Assembly: GCA_029939635.1 (NCBI GenBank)
Contig: JAOZSN010000001.1
Span: 15,833 to 79,832 of the forward strand
Direction: 5' to 3'
Length of the DNA stretch: 64,000 nt
Source: Deltaproteobacteria bacterium
Lineage (GTDB): Bacteria; Desulfobacterota; Desulfobulbia; Desulfobulbales; SURF-16
Numbering within the stretch: position 1 is the stretch's first letter; each line of letters starts with the position of its first letter. Shown piece by piece: positions 25,663-35,940 of this stretch. The notes under the pieces are model-generated. The model worked only from the letters and a program-made list of their open reading frames with translations, was not told where the DNA came from and ran no database searches. A program made the position numbers and the translations under genes.

Positions 25663-26496
25663 ATGGCAGAGATTGGCAAAACACAAAAACTAACCATCAA
25701 AAGAACACGAAACTACGGGGCTCACCTTGATGGTGGCAAGTCTGGTGACATTCTCCTGCCCAGCCGCTATGTTCCGCAAAAATGCCAGCCAGGCGATAAA
25801 ATTGAGGTCTTTGTCTATGCGGATAGGGAAGATCGTCTGCGGGCAACCACCAAGAGACCGTTTGCCGAGGTGGGCCAATTCAGCAAATTACGGGTAAAGG
25901 CAAATACTGCAGCAGGCACCTACCTGGACTGGGGACTGGAAAAAGATCTCCTTGTGCCCAAGAGTGAACAAAAAGACAGAATGGTGGAAGGCAAGGCATA
26001 CCTTGTCTTTGTCTTCCTGGATGAAAAGAGCAAACGCATCACCGCCTCTGCCCTACTGGATAATTTTTTAAGTACCCAGCCTCCAAGCTATAAAGAGGGA
26101 GAGGAGGTGGATCTGTTTATTCATGAAAAAATAGATCGAGGCTACAAGGTCATTATTAACCATAGCCATGGCGGTATGATCTATAAAAACGAGATATTCA
26201 AAAAAATTGTCATCGGCCAAAGGCTCAAAGGCTACATCAAAAAAATACGTGATGATCTCAAAATAGATGTGAGTTTGCAAAAACCAGGTCATCAAGGGTT
26301 TGATGACATTTCTCAGGCCATTCTCAAGATACTAAAAGAGCATGGTGGCAAGATGCGCGTAACAGATAAAAGCCCACCGGAAGAAATCTACGCCCTGTTC
26401 GGAGTAAGCAAAAAAAGCTTCAAAAAAGCAATCGGTGGCCTCTACAAAAAAAGACGTATCACCATCGACAGCAATGGTATCAGGCTTAGCAAGTAA
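25663..26496 (+). CDS. S1-like RNA-binding domain protein (CvfB/YitL-like)
   Basis: Repeated S1-like OB segments (GAHLDGGKSGDILLP...; GTYLDWGLEKDLLVP; GYKVIINHSHGGMIY) and a winged-helix-like C-terminus. Confidence 0.75.
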   Translation: MAEIGKTQKLTIKRTRNYGAHLDGGKSGDILLPSRYVPQKCQPGDKIEVFVYADREDRLRATTKRPFAEVGQFSKLRVKANTAAGTYLDWGLEKDLLVPKSEQKDRMVEGKAYLVFVFLDEKSKRITASALLDNFLSTQPPSYKEGEEVDLFIHEKIDRGYKVIINHSHGGMIYKNEIFKKIVIGQRLKGYIKKIRDDLKIDVSLQKPGHQGFDDISQAILKILKEHGGKMRVTDKSPPEEIYALFGVSKKSFKKAIGGLYKKRRITIDSNGIRLSK

Positions 26497-26507
26497 TACA
26501 CACAGCG

Positions 26508-26873
26508 GTGAAGAACATGTCTCAAAAAATCGATAAGGGAAAAGGCGCATTGACCGAAGCCTTGCGCGACAAGGCTCAGCGTGACAAAGGCTATCGAGAG
26601 CAGGCCCTGAAACTATTCCCATGGGTCTGCGGTATCTGCTGCCGTGAGTTTAGTGGAAAAAAGCTCAAGGAACTCACCGTCCATCACCGGGACCATAATC
26701 ACGACAACAACCCGTCCGATGGCAGTAATTGGGAGTTATTATGCATCTACTGCCATGATAATGTTCATTCACGTACCCTTGAGGATAACCGTGACGGGGG
26801 AGACAAAGATGACGAAAAAGATGATGCCACCCATAATCCCTTTGGTGATCTTGCTGCCCTGCTAAAAAAATAG
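26508..26873 (+). CDS. yajD: HNH endonuclease family protein YajD
   Basis: GYREQALKLFPWVCGICCREF...LTVHHRDHNHDNNPSDGSNWELLCIYCHDNVH is collinear with E. coli YajD. The start could instead be the ATG at 26517. Confidence 0.85.
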   Translation: MKNMSQKIDKGKGALTEALRDKAQRDKGYREQALKLFPWVCGICCREFSGKKLKELTVHHRDHNHDNNPSDGSNWELLCIYCHDNVHSRTLEDNRDGGDKDDEKDDATHNPFGDLAALLKK

Positions 26874-27193
26874 TCGCTGTTTTTTTCAATATGGGGTGCT
26901 TTTTCGGTGGTCAAGCCAGGATGGGAGCATCTGTCTTTCCGGCTAGGGACACCAATTGCCTTGTTCTTCTAAGTTCACGACATAAAAACAACGATCACGC
27001 GCTTCGCTGCTGATATTCGGTACTTTTTTTCTGACCCTCACTAAGAACAACTACGGGAACTGCTGAATACGCCGGAGAGAACCAAGCCTCACTCCGGCGA
27101 TTTGGCACAGAACAATAACAAAGTGGCGACCAACTCGTTGATAAACAAAAATACAGTTTCCCCACGTTAAGAGAATAGCCCCCAAATAACCCT

Positions 27194-28387
27194 GTGCAGC
27201 AAGACAAGAAAACCACACATCGCGCCATCATCCACCTCGACATGGATGCCTTCTACGCCTCGGTGGAAGTTCTTGACTTCCCTGAACTGGCAGGTCTACC
27301 AGTTATTGTTGGTGGCCAGTCAGACAGAGGTGTGGTATCAGCCGCCTCCTATGCCGCCCGAGAATGTGGTGTGTACTCAGCCATGTCTGTAGTGGTGGCT
27401 CGCCGCCTCTGCCCTGAGGGTATTTTCCGTCCTGGCCGCCTGGAACGCTACCAGGAAATATCAGGCCAGATCATGGCCATCTTCCGTGATTTCACCCCCC
27501 TGGTAGAACAGATATCAGTGGACGAGGCCTTTCTTGATGTGACAGGCTGTGAACGCCTACTTGGTACAACTAAAGATATTGCTGAAGCTATCCGTAAACG
27601 TGTACGTGAGGAGATTGGTCTTACAGTCTCTGCCGGCTTGGCCAGCACCAAGTTGGTGGCTAAGATTGCCTCGGATCAAAACAAACCAGATGGCATTACT
27701 GTGGTACCGTTAGGTGGTGAAGCCGCCTTCCTGGCCCCCTTACCCATCAAACGCTTATGGGGGGTGGGTAAAAAAACCCTGCCCCATCTTGAGTTACTCG
27801 GGGTTCATACCATCGGTGATCTCTGCCGTTTCCCGCTGGAATTTCTCGAAAAGAAATTTGGCAAACAAGGTCGCCACATGTATTTTTGCGCCAGGGGCGA
27901 GGACAGGCGTGACGTGGAGGTGGTGGTCTCAGAAAAATCCATCGGCAACGAATCAACCTTCAGCTATGATCTCAGCGATCTCAACAGCATCAAACAGGAG
28001 CTCCTCTTTCTCACCACCAAGGTAGGCGAACGGCTGCGACGCAAGGGGTATCGTGGTTCCACTGTCACCTTAAAAATCAAATATTATGATTTCAAATCCA
28101 TAACCCGCTCTTGCACCCTGCCCCAGGCCAGTAATGACAGCGCAGAAATTTATGCCGCCATTCTACGACTACTGCCCAAAACCGAAGCAGGTAAAAAAGC
28201 CGTACGTCTGGCAGGGTTAAGCATGGGCAAGTTGAGAACAGAAGACACCCCTTGCCAACTTGACCTCTTTGGCGGGGCAGAGAAACAGCAACGTCAACAT
28301 CTCACCCATGCCATGGATGAAATTAACCAGCGTTATGGCTCATTGACTATCAAGCCAGGCCGCTTAACAGCGAAAACCAGAAACTAA
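27194..28387 (+). CDS. dinB: DNA polymerase IV (Y-family)
   Basis: IIHLDMDAFYASVE, VIVGG, SVDEAFLDVTG, SAGLASTKLVAKIASDQNKPDG. GTG start. Confidence 0.9.
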   Translation: MQQDKKTTHRAIIHLDMDAFYASVEVLDFPELAGLPVIVGGQSDRGVVSAASYAARECGVYSAMSVVVARRLCPEGIFRPGRLERYQEISGQIMAIFRDFTPLVEQISVDEAFLDVTGCERLLGTTKDIAEAIRKRVREEIGLTVSAGLASTKLVAKIASDQNKPDGITVVPLGGEAAFLAPLPIKRLWGVGKKTLPHLELLGVHTIGDLCRFPLEFLEKKFGKQGRHMYFCARGEDRRDVEVVVSEKSIGNESTFSYDLSDLNSIKQELLFLTTKVGERLRRKGYRGSTVTLKIKYYDFKSITRSCTLPQASNDSAEIYAAILRLLPKTEAGKKAVRLAGLSMGKLRTEDTPCQLDLFGGAEKQQRQHLTHAMDEINQRYGSLTIKPGRLTAKTRN

Positions 28388-28525
28388 TCGCCTCCACCAA
28401 AAAAACTTCCCCTACCCCATAGCACTGATTGCAACCTTGTGAAATTTGTCGTAAAGTTATTTTTTTTAACCGCTAACCACTACCTACCCTACATTTCCAC
28501 TTATACGAATCAGGTATCACCATAC

Positions 28526-30811
28526 ATGAGTAGACTTGAACGTTTATTAGGCCAATTTGTCACCCGCTATCGTTGGCTGGTGGTCTTGGCCTCGCTACTT
28601 ATCGCCGGGGTCATTGCCACAGGTATGGGCAGACTGACCTTTGTCAATGATTCCCGCATGTACTTCAGTAAAGAAAACCCCCAACTCATCGCCTTGGAGG
28701 CCTTGGAGAATACCTACACCAAAGATGACAATATTATTTTCATTCTGGCTCCAGACAATGGCAAGGTCTTCACTAAGCCGACCCTGGCCGCCATTAGTGA
28801 ACTTACGGAAAAATCATGGCTGTTACCATATTCAAGCCGGGTCGACTCCTTAACCAACTTCCAACACACCACCGCCCTTGATGATGACCTTATTGTTGAA
28901 GATATGGTCATTGACCTTGAGAACTACACAGATGATGACCTGGAACGGGTTAAAAAAATTGCCTTAGCCGAACCCCTGCTGGTTAAACGCCTGATTTCAT
29001 CATCAGCCCATGTCACTGGTGTAGTAATCAACACCATAAAACCAGGTAGGAGTCAGCACGAGACGCAAGAAATCGCCCTGGCCGCCACAAAGCTCAAAAA
29101 AGAGATTGAGGCAAAATACCCACACCTTAAACTCTACCTCACCGGCGGCGTGATGATTGATGATGCCTTTGGAGTCGCTTCCAAGGATGACATGTCACTG
29201 CTTATACCCCTGATGTTTGGCATCCTGCTAATAGTTATGGCCATTGCCCTACGTTCCTTCAGCGGAACCATGGCAACCCTGACTGTCATTATATTATCCA
29301 TGATAACCGGCTTAGGTATGGCGGGCTGGCTTGGTATCGCTCTTACCCCAGCCTCAGCCAATGCGCCCATTATTATCATGACCTTGGCGGTGGCCGATTC
29401 TATCCATATTCTCGTGAGCATATTCCATCACTACCATGGCAAGGCGACACGCCATGAGTGTATAGCCGAATCTTTACGCATTAATCTCCAACCTGTCTTT
29501 GTAACCTCTGTCACCACTGCCATTGGCTTTCTCACCATGAATTTCTCTGATGCACCGCCATTTAGAGATCTTGGTAATATTGTTGCCATGGGTGTCCTTG
29601 GGGCCTTGTTTTACTCCATCTTTTTTCTGCCTGCCCTCATGGCCATTCTGCCTATCAAGGCACAGCAAGAAAAACCCCATAATCGCTATGAAAAATTTGG
29701 CAAATTCGTCGTGCGCAAACGTGGCCCTATTTTCATTACTATGCTTTTCATGATTGTCATGTGTGTCAGCGGCATAAGTAAGATCGTTTTAGATGATGAT
29801 TTTATTGATTATTTCGACCATCGTTACGATTTCAGGGTGGCCTCTGATTTTGCCGCCGATAATCTCACCGGCCTTTATGTTATTGAGTATAACCTGCAAT
29901 CAGGGGAGAGTGGTGGCATCAACAACCCTGAATATCAACAAACCCTGGAAGATTTTGCCAACTGGTTTCGCTTACAAGACCATGTCAACCATGTCTACTC
30001 CATCACCGATATCATGAAGCAACTCAATAAATCCATGCATGGTGATGACCAGCAGTGGTACCGGCTGCCTGGTAACCGTGAATTAGCCGCCCAATATTTT
30101 CTGCTCTATGAAATGAGCCTGCCCTTTGGCCTTGATCTTAATGACCGCATTAATGTTGATAAATCATCAAGCCGGCTGACCATCAACCTGGTCAACATAA
30201 CCACAAAAGAGCTGAGGGATCTTGAGGAACTGGGGCGCCAGTGGCTGCGAGCCAATGCTCCTGAATCAATGTTTACCTATGGTTCTGGCCTTTCCATCGT
30301 TTTTTCGTACATCTCTGAGCGCAATATTAACTCCATGCTCTTTGCCTCAGTGCTGGCATTAGTCCTTATTTCCATGATTATGATCATAGTTTTACGCAGC
30401 TTCAAACTTGGCCTGTTGAGTCTATTGCCCAACCTCATGCCAGCCTTCATGGCCTTTGGCCTCTGGGGTTTTGTGGTGGGCCAGGTTGGTTTGGCTGTAT
30501 CGGTGATGATTGCCATGACCTTAGGCATCGTGGTTGATGATTCGGTTCATTTCCTCTCCAAGTATCAACGGGCCAGAAATGAACATGATTTTGGTGCTGA
30601 GGATGCGGTAATGTATGCCTTCCAGACTGTGGGTTCCCCAATCATGACCACCTCAATCATCCTGGTCTGTGGCTTTACGGTGCTTGCCTTTTCTGGCTTT
30701 CAGATAAATTCTCACATGGGCTCCATGACCGCAATCACGATTGTCCTGGCTCTGATTCTTGATTTTTTCTTTTTGCCAACACTGCTTATTAAACTTGAGG
30801 GACAAAAATGA
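28526..30811 (+). CDS. MMPL/RND-superfamily transporter (12-TM, two large periplasmic loops)
   Basis: Two homologous halves, each with a TM bundle containing sterol-sensing/MMPL-like segments (AVADSIHIL; GIVVDDSVHFLSKY). Start moved to MSRLERLLGQF (ATG at 28526). Confidence 0.85.
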   Translation: MSRLERLLGQFVTRYRWLVVLASLLIAGVIATGMGRLTFVNDSRMYFSKENPQLIALEALENTYTKDDNIIFILAPDNGKVFTKPTLAAISELTEKSWLLPYSSRVDSLTNFQHTTALDDDLIVEDMVIDLENYTDDDLERVKKIALAEPLLVKRLISSSAHVTGVVINTIKPGRSQHETQEIALAATKLKKEIEAKYPHLKLYLTGGVMIDDAFGVASKDDMSLLIPLMFGILLIVMAIALRSFSGTMATLTVIILSMITGLGMAGWLGIALTPASANAPIIIMTLAVADSIHILVSIFHHYHGKATRHECIAESLRINLQPVFVTSVTTAIGFLTMNFSDAPPFRDLGNIVAMGVLGALFYSIFFLPALMAILPIKAQQEKPHNRYEKFGKFVVRKRGPIFITMLFMIVMCVSGISKIVLDDDFIDYFDHRYDFRVASDFAADNLTGLYVIEYNLQSGESGGINNPEYQQTLEDFANWFRLQDHVNHVYSITDIMKQLNKSMHGDDQQWYRLPGNRELAAQYFLLYEMSLPFGLDLNDRINVDKSSSRLTINLVNITTKELRDLEELGRQWLRANAPESMFTYGSGLSIVFSYISERNINSMLFASVLALVLISMIMIIVLRSFKLGLLSLLPNLMPAFMAFGLWGFVVGQVGLAVSVMIAMTLGIVVDDSVHFLSKYQRARNEHDFGAEDAVMYAFQTVGSPIMTTSIILVCGFTVLAFSGFQINSHMGSMTAITIVLALILDFFFLPTLLIKLEGQK

Positions 30812-31593
30812 GATTTATTTTAGTACAAATCCTTATTGCTGCTGTAACCATAAGCAGTGTCTTTGCCCAAACGGCAGAAGAAAAAGGCTTAGCCATTGCC
30901 GTGGAGGCAGACCAGCGAGATATTGGCTTTATTGATTCCACCGCCAACATGAGAATGGTCTTACGCAATAGACATGGTCAGGAATCAGAACGCAAAATCA
31001 GGGTAAGAACTCTGGAGCAGGAGGATGACGGCGATAAGAGTTTATCCATCTTTGATACTCCCAGGGATGTCAAGGGTACCGCCTTTCTTACCTATACTCA
31101 CAAATCAGGCGATGATGACCAATGGCTCTATTTACCCGCGTTAAAGAGGGTAAAACGCATCAGTTCACGCAATAAATCCGGCTCTTTTATGGGCAGTGAA
31201 TTTTCCTACGAGGATATTGCCAGCCAGGAGGTGGAAAAATACACCTATAAATTCATCAAGGAAGAGCGTTTTGCTGGCCTTGATTGTTACGTGGCAGAGT
31301 CCTATCCGGTTGACCAGAAAAACTCAGGTTATACCCGTATGGTCTCCTGGCGTGACAAGGCAGAGTACCGCTTGTGGAAGGTTGAGTATTATGACCGCAA
31401 GAAGAGTCATCTCAAGACCTTGCTCTTTACGGAGTATGGGCAATACCTGGAGAAATACTGGCGAGCAGGAACCTTGAAGATGGTTAACCATCAAAATGGC
31501 AAGTCAACAGATCTCTTCTTTGCTGAGTATGCGTTTCAGACAGGTCTTAAGGATAAGGATTTTAATAAGAATAGTTTGAAGCGGGCGAAATAG
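30808..31593 (+). CDS. Outer-membrane lipoprotein-sorting (LolA-like) protein
   Basis: Signal peptide. DDQWLYLPALKRVKRISSRNKSGSFMGSEFSYEDI is the family signature as I remember it. Overlaps the MMPL gene stop (ATGA). Confidence 0.75.
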   Translation: MRFILVQILIAAVTISSVFAQTAEEKGLAIAVEADQRDIGFIDSTANMRMVLRNRHGQESERKIRVRTLEQEDDGDKSLSIFDTPRDVKGTAFLTYTHKSGDDDQWLYLPALKRVKRISSRNKSGSFMGSEFSYEDIASQEVEKYTYKFIKEERFAGLDCYVAESYPVDQKNSGYTRMVSWRDKAEYRLWKVEYYDRKKSHLKTLLFTEYGQYLEKYWRAGTLKMVNHQNGKSTDLFFAEYAFQTGLKDKDFNKNSLKRAK

Positions 31594-31650
31594 AATTGTT
31601 TCGTGGCTGAAATACGGAGGGTGGGGGATGAGCCCATAACCTCGAAACCA

Positions 31651-32859
31651 ATGTACCCTAACATTAAAAAAATACTTACCATCTCTCTGCTAACCCTAGG
31701 ACTGGCCAACTTACTAACCGGCCAGCCCATGGCAGCAGAAATCACCAGTAAACTTGGCATAGAGGCTCGTCTCTTTCCCAAGAGCCCAGCCTATGAAGGC
31801 CAAGAGCATCATGATGGTTCTGCAATGGCTGAGGTGGAGATGTACCATGGCTTTGATTCTGGTTCTAGTATCACCATAACCCCCTTTGCCCGTGTAGATT
31901 ATGCAGATTCAGAAAGAACCCATTTTGATCTGCGCGAGTTTAATTACCTCCATGTGGCTGATTCATTTGAAATTACAGCTGGCATCAGCAAGGTCTTTTG
32001 GGGCAGTACGGAGATCCATCTCGTTGATATCATCAATCAAACCGATATGGTTGAATCCCTCAAGGGTGAGGATAAGCTTGGTCAACCAATGGTGCGGACA
32101 TCATGGTCGCGCGACTGGGGCACGGTGGATACCTTTATCCTTCCCTATTTTCGGGAACGAACAGGGCCAGGTACGGATGGCCGTTTACGACTCCCTCTGC
32201 CGGTTGACTATGGTGAGGCAGAATATGAAAGCAGTGCCGAGCAATACCATATCGATCTAGCCCTGCGCTATGCCCACACCTTAGGTGATGTTGATTTTGG
32301 CATCTATCACTTTGCCGGCACATCTCGTGAACCGATCTATAGGCTGAACCTGAGTAACCCTAACGCACCAGAATTTACCCCCTACTATGAACTGATACAG
32401 CAAACAGGGGTTGATTTTTCTTATGTGGCCGGACGATGGCTGTGGAAGGGAGAGGCGCTGTATCGAATAGATAGCCTCTATGGTGATTTTGCTGCCGCAG
32501 TGGCAGGCTTTGAATATACCCTGGTAGGTATCCTGGAAAGTGACGTGGATCTTGGTCTGATAGCTGAATTCAGCAGAGATGGTCGGGACAAACGGCTTGT
32601 ACCATTATATCAAAAAGACATTATGACCGGGCTGCGCTTTGCCTTTAATAATGCCGCCTCAACAGATCTACTCTGTGGCCTGGCCTATGACATAGATCAT
32701 TACTCGCAGATATACTCCCTGGAGTTTAACCATCGCCTGGGTGAAGATTGGAAAATCACCATCACCTCATGGCTGTTCAGCCATATTGGTGATGCTGACC
32801 CAGCCCAGACACTGTCCGAAGACGACATGATCCGCATTGAACTCTTTTATTACTTTTAA
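31651..32859 (+). CDS. Putative outer-membrane beta-barrel protein
   Basis: Signal peptide MYPNIKKILTISLLTLGLANLLTGQPMAAE when started at the ATG at 31651. Alternating beta-strand-like pattern. C-terminal ...IELFYYF with a terminal Phe, typical of OMPs. Confidence 0.6.
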   Translation: MYPNIKKILTISLLTLGLANLLTGQPMAAEITSKLGIEARLFPKSPAYEGQEHHDGSAMAEVEMYHGFDSGSSITITPFARVDYADSERTHFDLREFNYLHVADSFEITAGISKVFWGSTEIHLVDIINQTDMVESLKGEDKLGQPMVRTSWSRDWGTVDTFILPYFRERTGPGTDGRLRLPLPVDYGEAEYESSAEQYHIDLALRYAHTLGDVDFGIYHFAGTSREPIYRLNLSNPNAPEFTPYYELIQQTGVDFSYVAGRWLWKGEALYRIDSLYGDFAAAVAGFEYTLVGILESDVDLGLIAEFSRDGRDKRLVPLYQKDIMTGLRFAFNNAASTDLLCGLAYDIDHYSQIYSLEFNHRLGEDWKITITSWLFSHIGDADPAQTLSEDDMIRIELFYYF

Positions 32860-32876
32860 TGTCCGAAAGACAGAGC

Positions 32877-34229
32877 TTACTCCAACCCCAATTTTTTAAT
32901 CTTGCGCCATAAAGAAACACGATCAATACCCAGGGCCTTAGCTGCCTCTGTTTTATTAAAACCTGTCTCCTTTAAGATCCATTCGATATACGATTTCTCG
33001 ACCTCCTCCATGCTGGCGTATTTGCCATCGCTCTTTCTGAAGGTCTGGATATCCAGGCTGCGCAGGTCGTCGGGGATATGGCTCAGATCAAGAGTATCGC
33101 CATTAGCCAGGGCAACCCCACGCTCGATAATATTTTCCAACTCGCGGACATTGCCTGGAAAATCATAATGGCGCAGGGTTGTAAGAACCTCCGGGTCAAT
33201 CTCCATGACCTCTTTTCCCATGCTGCTATTATACTTGCCCAGGAAATACTGGGCTAGCAAGGGAATATCATCCTTGCGTTCAGAAAGCGGCGGGATTTTT
33301 AACGCCACCACATTGATCCGAAAGAAAAGATCTTGACGAAACCGGCCAGCATCCACCTCGGCCTTGAGATCCCGGTTGGTAGCAGCCACAAAACGGACAT
33401 TAACCTTAAGGGGTTGGGTCCCCCCCACCCGAACCACCTCTTTTTCTTGGAGTACCCGCAGAAATTTCACCTGCATGGATGGGGTCATCTCCGTTACCTC
33501 ATCTAAGAAAAGAGTGCCACCATCAGCCATCTCTACTAAACCTTTTTTTTCACCGTCAGCTCCGGTGAAGGCCCCTTTTTCATGGCCAAAAAGCTCGTTG
33601 GTAAGCAACTCCTCGCTAAAGGCCCCGCAATTTATCGACAGCATACCCTTATCATGACGCGGACTCTGCTGATGGATGTATTGGGCCAGTAACTCCTTGC
33701 CAGTACCTGATTCACCACTAACAACCACGTTGGTATCTGAAGAGGCTATCTGGCCTGCCATTTCCAGTAGGCCCTTCATCTCATGATTATGGGTAATGAT
33801 CTGTGATGGCCGATCTTTACCATCTATCTCCTGACGTAATTGTTCAACTTCAACCTTTAGTTGAAATTTCTGGGTGGCCTCGGCCACTAATTTACGCACC
33901 TCTGTCAGCTTAAAAGGTTTGGTGATATAATGATATGCCCCGGCCTTCAAGGCCTCTACTGCTGATTCCACCGTGGAGAAACCGGTTATCATAATTACTT
34001 CGGTCTGGGGAGATACTATTTTTACTCGCCGCAAGACCTGCATGCCATCCACCTGGGGCATCTTGAGATCAGTAAGGACCAAGGCAAATTGCTGCTTCTC
34101 TAAACAGGCACAGGCCCGTTTACCACTTTTTGCCGCAGTAACATTATAGCCCTCCTTTTTAAGGACATGGCAAAGATTTTTTAAGGCCACCGCCTCATCA
34201 TCAACGACTAAAATATCACTATTTATCAT
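32877..34229 (-). CDS. Sigma-54-dependent response regulator (NtrC/AtoC family)
   Basis: Receiver domain (ILVVDDE...DLKMPQVDG). GESGTGKE. GAFSEELLTNELFGHEKGAFTGA. C-terminal HTH NKTEAAKALGIDRVSLWRKIKK. Confidence 0.9.
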   Translation of the reverse strand: MINSDILVVDDEAVALKNLCHVLKKEGYNVTAAKSGKRACACLEKQQFALVLTDLKMPQVDGMQVLRRVKIVSPQTEVIMITGFSTVESAVEALKAGAYHYITKPFKLTEVRKLVAEATQKFQLKVEVEQLRQEIDGKDRPSQIITHNHEMKGLLEMAGQIASSDTNVVVSGESGTGKELLAQYIHQQSPRHDKGMLSINCGAFSEELLTNELFGHEKGAFTGADGEKKGLVEMADGGTLFLDEVTEMTPSMQVKFLRVLQEKEVVRVGGTQPLKVNVRFVAATNRDLKAEVDAGRFRQDLFFRINVVALKIPPLSERKDDIPLLAQYFLGKYNSSMGKEVMEIDPEVLTTLRHYDFPGNVRELENIIERGVALANGDTLDLSHIPDDLRSLDIQTFRKSDGKYASMEEVEKSYIEWILKETGFNKTEAAKALGIDRVSLWRKIKKLGLE

Positions 34230-35623
34230 TACTTCTCCCCAACAGGTAAGTGGATGGTAAATTTCACACCCTGACCATTGTTCGCGTCAACACTGATAGA
34301 ACCACCGTGCTGGACCAAAATATCATGAATAATAAAAAGGCCTAAGCCGGAACCATGGCCAGTATCCTTGGTGGTAAAAAATGGATCAAATATCTTCTCC
34401 CTTATCTGGGGTGGAATACCTGGGCCGTTATCACTAAAAACAATCTTTAACTCCGCAATAGAGGAGTAGGCCATAACCGTTATTATGCCTTGGCCCGCCA
34501 AGGCATCCAGGCTATTTTTTAAAAGATTAATAAAGAGCTGTTGAATTTTCTGTTTATCGGCAAAGATCATCACCCCTTGGTCAACAACAAGTCTAATCTC
34601 CACATCTTTGCCAATCTGACCATGGAACAGATCAATAATTTCTTGGAGCAGGGGGGACAGTAAATAATGGGCCCGATGAAATTTTTCTTCCCTGGCCAAG
34701 GAAAGCAAGGTGCGCACAATAGCGGAGGCACGCATGGTCTCCATGTTTATCTGACTGAGCAAATCAGCAGCAACCTCTCCCTCCTTTTCGCCCAGCTCCT
34801 CAGCAAGAATCTGGGCCGAACTGGATATATTTGAGAGGGGATTATTAAACTCATGGGCCACCCCTGCCAGCATGGTGCCAAGGCAGGCCAATTTTTCAGA
34901 GCGAACCAATTGCTGTTGACGCCGTTTCAATTCACGACTCATCTGATTAAAGGCTGAAATAAGGCTATTTATTTCCCGATTATCACTGCGAAACGAAGCC
35001 TCTACAAAATTACCAGTGGCAATGCTAGAGGCATGATTTTCCAACTGCTTTAACGACGAAACAATACCATGGCCCAAGATGGCGGCAATTGCCCCAAAAA
35101 AAAGCACCATCAGGGGCAATAAAAACAAGAGGGTATGGCGAATAAGACGTAATAGCCGATGAATAAATTGGTGCTGCTGGACAACAAGATTTTCAGCAAG
35201 TTCGGTTAACTGCCGACCCTGCACCCTCAGTTGTACTGCCAAGGCATCATTATTGCGATCCTGCTGAAAGGCACTGAAAATCGTCTCATACTCCCGGAGG
35301 ATCTCGTCAATCTTGGCGATTTGAGCCGGTGAACCTTCCCCCTTAAGCACCTCTTTATTGGCATTAAATTGTTGACGGGTTTTTATAAGGTAGGCCCGCC
35401 ATTGACTCATGGAACCATGATCGTGATAGAGGAGATAATTTTTCTCCATCCGCCGCATCTCCAAGGTGTTTTCCAAGACAACATCAACATTTTCAATATT
35501 AAGATGCTTCTCTTCCACCACATTGACGACCAAATAGGTAACAACTGAACAGCCTATCATAAAGAACAGGGCCAAGAAAAACCAAAAGGTTATCTTACTA
35601 CGAATACCACCAGGTTGACGCAT
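34229..35623 (-). CDS. Sensor histidine kinase (TM - sensor - TM - HAMP - HisKA - HATPase)
   Basis: H-box [17 protein letters not shown] boxes ([11 protein letters not shown]; DNGPGIP; GSGLGLFI). Start moved to [10 protein letters not shown] (ATG at 35623), preceded by GGGGCAGGAGTAAAT. Its stop overlaps the regulator start. Confidence 0.85.
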   Translation of the reverse strand: MRQPGGIRSKITFWFFLALFFMIGCSVVTYLVVNVVEEKHLNIENVDVVLENTLEMRRMEKNYLLYHDHGSMSQWRAYLIKTRQQFNANKEVLKGEGSPAQIAKIDEILREYETIFSAFQQDRNNDALAVQLRVQGRQLTELAENLVVQQHQFIHRLLRLIRHTLLFLLPLMVLFFGAIAAILGHGIVSSLKQLENHASSIATGNFVEASFRSDNREINSLISAFNQMSRELKRRQQQLVRSEKLACLGTMLAGVAHEFNNPLSNISSSAQILAEELGEKEGEVAADLLSQINMETMRASAIVRTLLSLAREEKFHRAHYLLSPLLQEIIDLFHGQIGKDVEIRLVVDQGVMIFADKQKIQQLFINLLKNSLDALAGQGIITVMAYSSIAELKIVFSDNGPGIPPQIREKIFDPFFTTKDTGHGSGLGLFIIHDILVQHGGSISVDANNGQGVKFTIHLPVGEK

Positions 35624-35694
35624 ATTTACTCCTGCCCCTGTTAAGCTAAACCACATTACCCCAAAAATTATCCATTTCCACCCTACCTCTTCGC

Positions 35695-35800
35695 GTTTCA
35701 TTTTGCAACACGATGTTCGCCACTGCAACATATCCAGCAAACCCTTTGTTCTCAGGAGATGAAAGCATCGCCCTCACCACCCAGTTGCATTTTGCAACAC
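35695..35800. promoter_or_regulatory. Two copies of near-palindrome GTT(T/G)CA-TTT-TGCAACAC, candidate enhancer-binding sites
   Basis: GTTTCATTTTGCAACAC at 35695-35711 and GTTGCATTTTGCAACAC at 35784-35800, 89 bp apart. An extra TGCAACA sits at 35724-35730. All are upstream of the -24/-12 promoter at 35865. Confidence 0.4.
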
Positions 35801-35864
35801 ATCCCACTCCTCAGCTAGCCCCAAAAAACCTGCCTGTATCTACATTTCATTATTTTCTTAACCA

Positions 35865-35880
35865 TGGCACGGGACATGCA
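35865..35880 (+). promoter_or_regulatory. Sigma-54 (-24/-12) promoter of the Ehr-type operon
   Basis: TGGCACGGGACATGCA: GG at 35866-35867 and GC at 35878-35879 with 10 nt between them. Near-consensus TGGCAC-N5-TTGCA. About 60 nt upstream of the first ORF and divergent from a sigma-54 two-component pair. Confidence 0.65.
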
Positions 35881-35940
35881 AAACATGGGGAACGACGGCT
35901 ACTTCTCTCTTTGAGACCCTTAACTATTACAGGAACATGA

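Noticed and set aside
26874-27193. 320-nt yajD-dinB intergenic region: searched for a LexA/SOS box and for an RNA gene; also ORF 26995-27243 (-)
   Set aside because: I found no convincing CTGT-N8-ACAG, GAAC-N4-GTTC or other palindromic SOS-box. I saw only a small hairpin ccggag-N14-ctccgg. The 82-aa ORF overlaps the dinB start and has implausible composition.
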